Below the pieces are notes generated by a model. It had not been told where the DNA came from, made no database searches, and worked only from the letters and a program-made list of their open reading frames with translations. This document shows positions 61,067-64,000 of a DNA stretch of 64,000 nt, in pieces. The position numbers were made by a program, and so were the translations under genes. The stretch covers positions 5,084,001-5,148,000 of the forward strand of contig CATNEN010000005.1 of assembly GCA_950097015.1 (NCBI GenBank), given 5' to 3'. Source of the DNA: Macrostomum hystrix (taxonomy: Eukaryota > Animalia > Platyhelminthes). Every line of letters starts with the position of its first letter. The first letter of the stretch is position 1.

Positions 61067-61591
61067 TTAAAAATTTGAAAAATTATGCTGGCTCACATTC
61101 CCACTCGATTCCCGCAGCACACTCCACATCATGTAGTCTTGGGCCCCAGGCACCTGTGGATTTAAATCAACTGAATGAGCACTCGTAGGTTGACCAGCTG
61201 CTGGAAGAGCCGGCGATATTTCGTTGGCAGGAGTTTTACCACCAACAGCGATGTTGCGTAGCTCGTCAATGAAACTTAATGCAGCAAGGTTAGCAGCTTT
61301 GAAGTCCTCAGTCGTGATGATGATTCTATCGCCTCCTCTTCTCCCGCGATTGTGAATGAGCATGTGCATATCGAATCCCGAAGTGATAGTAGAGCAATAT
61401 GGACAGAGATAAAAAATAGGAGACAACTCCAGCTTATGTTGTAGGCGACAGTAGCGAAAGTTGGCGTCGATTCGCCTTTCAGATAGGTCCGGATGAGCTC
61501 CGCGGCAATGCTGTTTAAAACCTGATGCCCTGCTACTCCAGTGGCACTGAAGACACGTAATCGCGGCGTGAATGCTGGGAGGTGTCATCAA
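61067..61591 (-). CDS. ORF with two C2H2-like zinc fingers
   Basis: CLQC-x11-HCRGAH and CPYC-x8/9-HMLIH. Confidence 0.55.
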   Translation of the reverse strand: MMTPPSIHAAITCLQCHWSSRASGFKQHCRGAHPDLSERRIDANFRYCRLQHKLELSPIFYLCPYCSTITSGFDMHMLIHNRGRRGGDRIIITTEDFKAANLAALSFIDELRNIAVGGKTPANEISPALPAAGQPTSAHSVDLNPQVPGAQDYMMWSVLRESSGNVSQHNFSNF

Positions 61592-62119
61592 CTTTCAATG
61601 GAAGTGATGCTGGCCTGAAATTTATTCGAGATTGAAGTTTGAAACGTTGACAATTAAAGCTAGACCCTAAATGAAGGCGTGAACGCTAATATATAAACGC
61701 CAATAAGGACATTGATCTGCCATGCATATAATTGTATAAAGCAGGCAGTCTATTCTCAAATGCACATCTATCTCCATTTGTCCTAGTTGTTCCCTGCACA
61801 GCCAACTAATGAGCAGAAAGAAAGCGCATCTAAAAAACAAGCAATTAAAAACGAAAACGCGAAACACTGTTTAGGAGCCCCTCCATTTGTTTGACAGACA
61901 ATGAAACTGTGAGCTATATAATAATAATAAAACGGAATTGAACGGAAAAGCTGATAAATGAACGAATTTAATAGTGTCATTAGTCCCACGAATAAAAACA
62001 GCTAACGTAAGTACACTGCCAGTCCGCTGGATATTGCAAACATGCACGGTAAGATTGGCAGCGCACGGTAATTAGCAGATTTTATTCGCGCTCAACGAGT
62101 CCGCCGCGAGAAGGCTGAC

Positions 62120-62525
62120 ACATGGGCTCATGAAATTAGCGCTTTAAAATGTAGCGCTTCACAGCACATTGAATTGCATGTGCAAAGTGAACTGTAAATA
62201 TTTTGCTAGTTGAAAGAAATATGTGTCCAAACTTTGGGCTTACTGGTATTAATTTTAGCGCTCTTAAATTTAACGCTTCACAGCACATTTTATTGCATGT
62301 GCAAAGTGACCTGCAAAAAAATTGCTAGTTGAAAGAAATGTGTCCAAATTTTGGGCTTACTGGTATTAATTTTAGCGCTCTTAAACTTAACGCTTCACAG
62401 CACATTGTATTGCATGTGCAAAGTGACCTGCAAAAAATTTGCTAGTTGAAAGAAATATGTGTCCAAATTTTGCGCTTACTGGTATTAATTTTAGCGCTCT
62501 TAAACTTAACGCTTCACAGCACCCA
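62120..62525 (+). repeat. ~124-bp tandem repeat, about 3 copies
   Basis: AATTTTAGCGCTCTTAAA...CACAGCACATT...GCATGTGCAAAGTGA...GCTAGTTGAAAGAAAT repeated. Confidence 0.85.
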
Positions 62526-62620
62526 CACAAAAGTAGGTGCAGAGTGACTTTACAAGGCAGCGCTTGACTTCAATTAAAGACACAAGTAACGGTGGAATCA
62601 TTAGTACACTGGTTGGATAC

Positions 62621-63145
62621 TTAATCGGAGTCGCTATCAGAAGACCCCGAATATTCTGAAGCAACCGCTTCATTAGCGCTCTGACTCAGTGTGCTTAGGG
62701 AGAACTTATTCGCAAGAAGATATTTTACAGCATCAGTCACGCTTTTACTTGCAACATCTTCAAGCAGTCTTCTAAACAATTCCCGAAATTGAGCGGCTAA
62801 GCCCGGCTGATTCGCTAAGTCATCACAGAGGCTCTGCAAATTAACCTGAAGGTCAACCCACTCATCTGAAATAATATGCGCTTCTTCTTTTAGGCGTTTA
62901 TATTTGTTACTGACGTCTATAGCCCGCTGACGAAATCGGATGGAAAGGTCGGTTCCAGACAAATGTTCATATTTCGCACTACGCGGTTTTTTATATTCAT
63001 CGAAAGAAGCTCTGTCTTCAATTGGAAGACGAGCGTAGAGTTTTTTCATATCGGATGCAGAACTTTTAACCTTTCGCAAGCACATTCTAGTTTGACTTTG
63101 GCCAACTGACTTACCAACCTGTTTACTCCAATGATCTCTGTGCAC
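62621..63145 (-). CDS. Probable terminal exon or ORF of an unknown charged, helical protein
   Basis: 174 open codons in AT-rich DNA, CAG acceptor next to the start, acidic SDSDSD end. No family recognised. Confidence 0.45.
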   Translation of the reverse strand: MHRDHWSKQVGKSVGQSQTRMCLRKVKSSASDMKKLYARLPIEDRASFDEYKKPRSAKYEHLSGTDLSIRFRQRAIDVSNKYKRLKEEAHIISDEWVDLQVNLQSLCDDLANQPGLAAQFRELFRRLLEDVASKSVTDAVKYLLANKFSLSTLSQSANEAVASEYSGSSDSDSD

Positions 63146-63942
63146 TGCTTTGCTGTTTTGCTGTTTTTATGCAGTATGTGTTAAAAAATTATTTTAGCGA
63201 ACTATTTTCGCTTCAACCTTTCTTTGAAGTTACTTTTATGCTTTAAAAATAATTAATGATTTAATGATTTTTGCCTTGCTGGTCTTTATTTAAAACTTTA
63301 TGGATTACATGTAATGACAAAAATAAGTAGAATGTTTGGTGCAACGATAAATCGAAGACTTTCGTTACGGGTGCTAATAATTTAGACTTTTGCTGAGTAT
63401 TTGTAATATTGACGTTCACCCTTTTGGTTTTTGAAGCTTTGCAGATAAAATTTGGGGACCTGCTGGACCCGATCGTTAGAAAATGGAGCGATTCGCTAGC
63501 TTGCGATATATTTGCTTGCGTTGCTAATATTGCGTTGCGAATTTGATCGCTACGATAACCATTGCTTAAAATAAGTAAGCACAAGCTGCAGCCTGCAGCC
63601 AAAAAAGTATTCGAACGAAAGAATATACTAATAAATAGTAATTCTTCGTTGAATGTGGGCAATGTTATGTGGTGAAACTTGTAGCACGTCTGCCTGACAA
63701 ATGCGGGTCGTTGGTTCGACTCATTTTTTATTTAAATTAATGATTATATGTTTTGCAGAACAACAAGAACATCATATAAGCCTACTCATTTCTTAATCCG
63801 GCTGAGTAAGAAAAAAAGCGGTTTTACGCTGATTTACATAAATATCAGCACTATACAGTACACTCGAAGCACCAAAGGAATCACATACAGTAGGATAGCC
63901 TATATGTTTTGGAAAACTCTTAAATTAAGAAAACTCTTAAAG

Positions 63943-64000
63943 AATTTATTTTTCCAAACATATCGGCAGCATCCGAACCCCACAGAATTGCCGCACAGAA
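63943..64000 (-). mobile_element. SINE family 1 fragment running off the window end
   Basis: AATTTATTTTTCCAAACATATCGGCAGCATCC...GAATTGCCGCACAGAA matches 36300-36358. Confidence 0.75.

Overview
Transposon-dense eukaryotic DNA, probably an invertebrate animal (GT-AG introns, tRNA-derived SINEs, Bel/Pao element). No CRISPR array, rRNA or genuine tRNA gene is visible. (1) 1-~38.85 kb reads as most of one giant CACTA/EnSpm(CMC)-like DNA transposon; its left end would lie just outside the window. It holds a spliced DUF4806-like gene (-), an orphan ORF (-), a spliced Transposase_21-type transposase (+, 661 aa when spliced) and a spliced PR-Set7/SETD8-like SET gene with a perfect heat-shock element upstream. 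Nested in its introns are a satellite-laden non-autonomous Helitron (1941-8604) and a complete 14.85-kb KDZ transposon (13050-27900) with ~1.8-kb TIRs, a TSD, a CxC-KDZ transposase and an HMG-box-like gene. (2) 46.8-54.2 kb: a gag + protease cassette with no pol and no LTRs found. It has an orphan third ORF in a retrovirus-like splice donor/acceptor layout, and a convergent spliced gene for a small C-terminally anchored membrane protein. (3) 54263-60529: an intact, young Bel/Pao LTR retrotransposon with identical 315-bp LTRs. The remainder is SINEs, a mariner relic, minisatellites and a few orphan ORFs. Family assignments come from motifs recognised by eye, not database searches.
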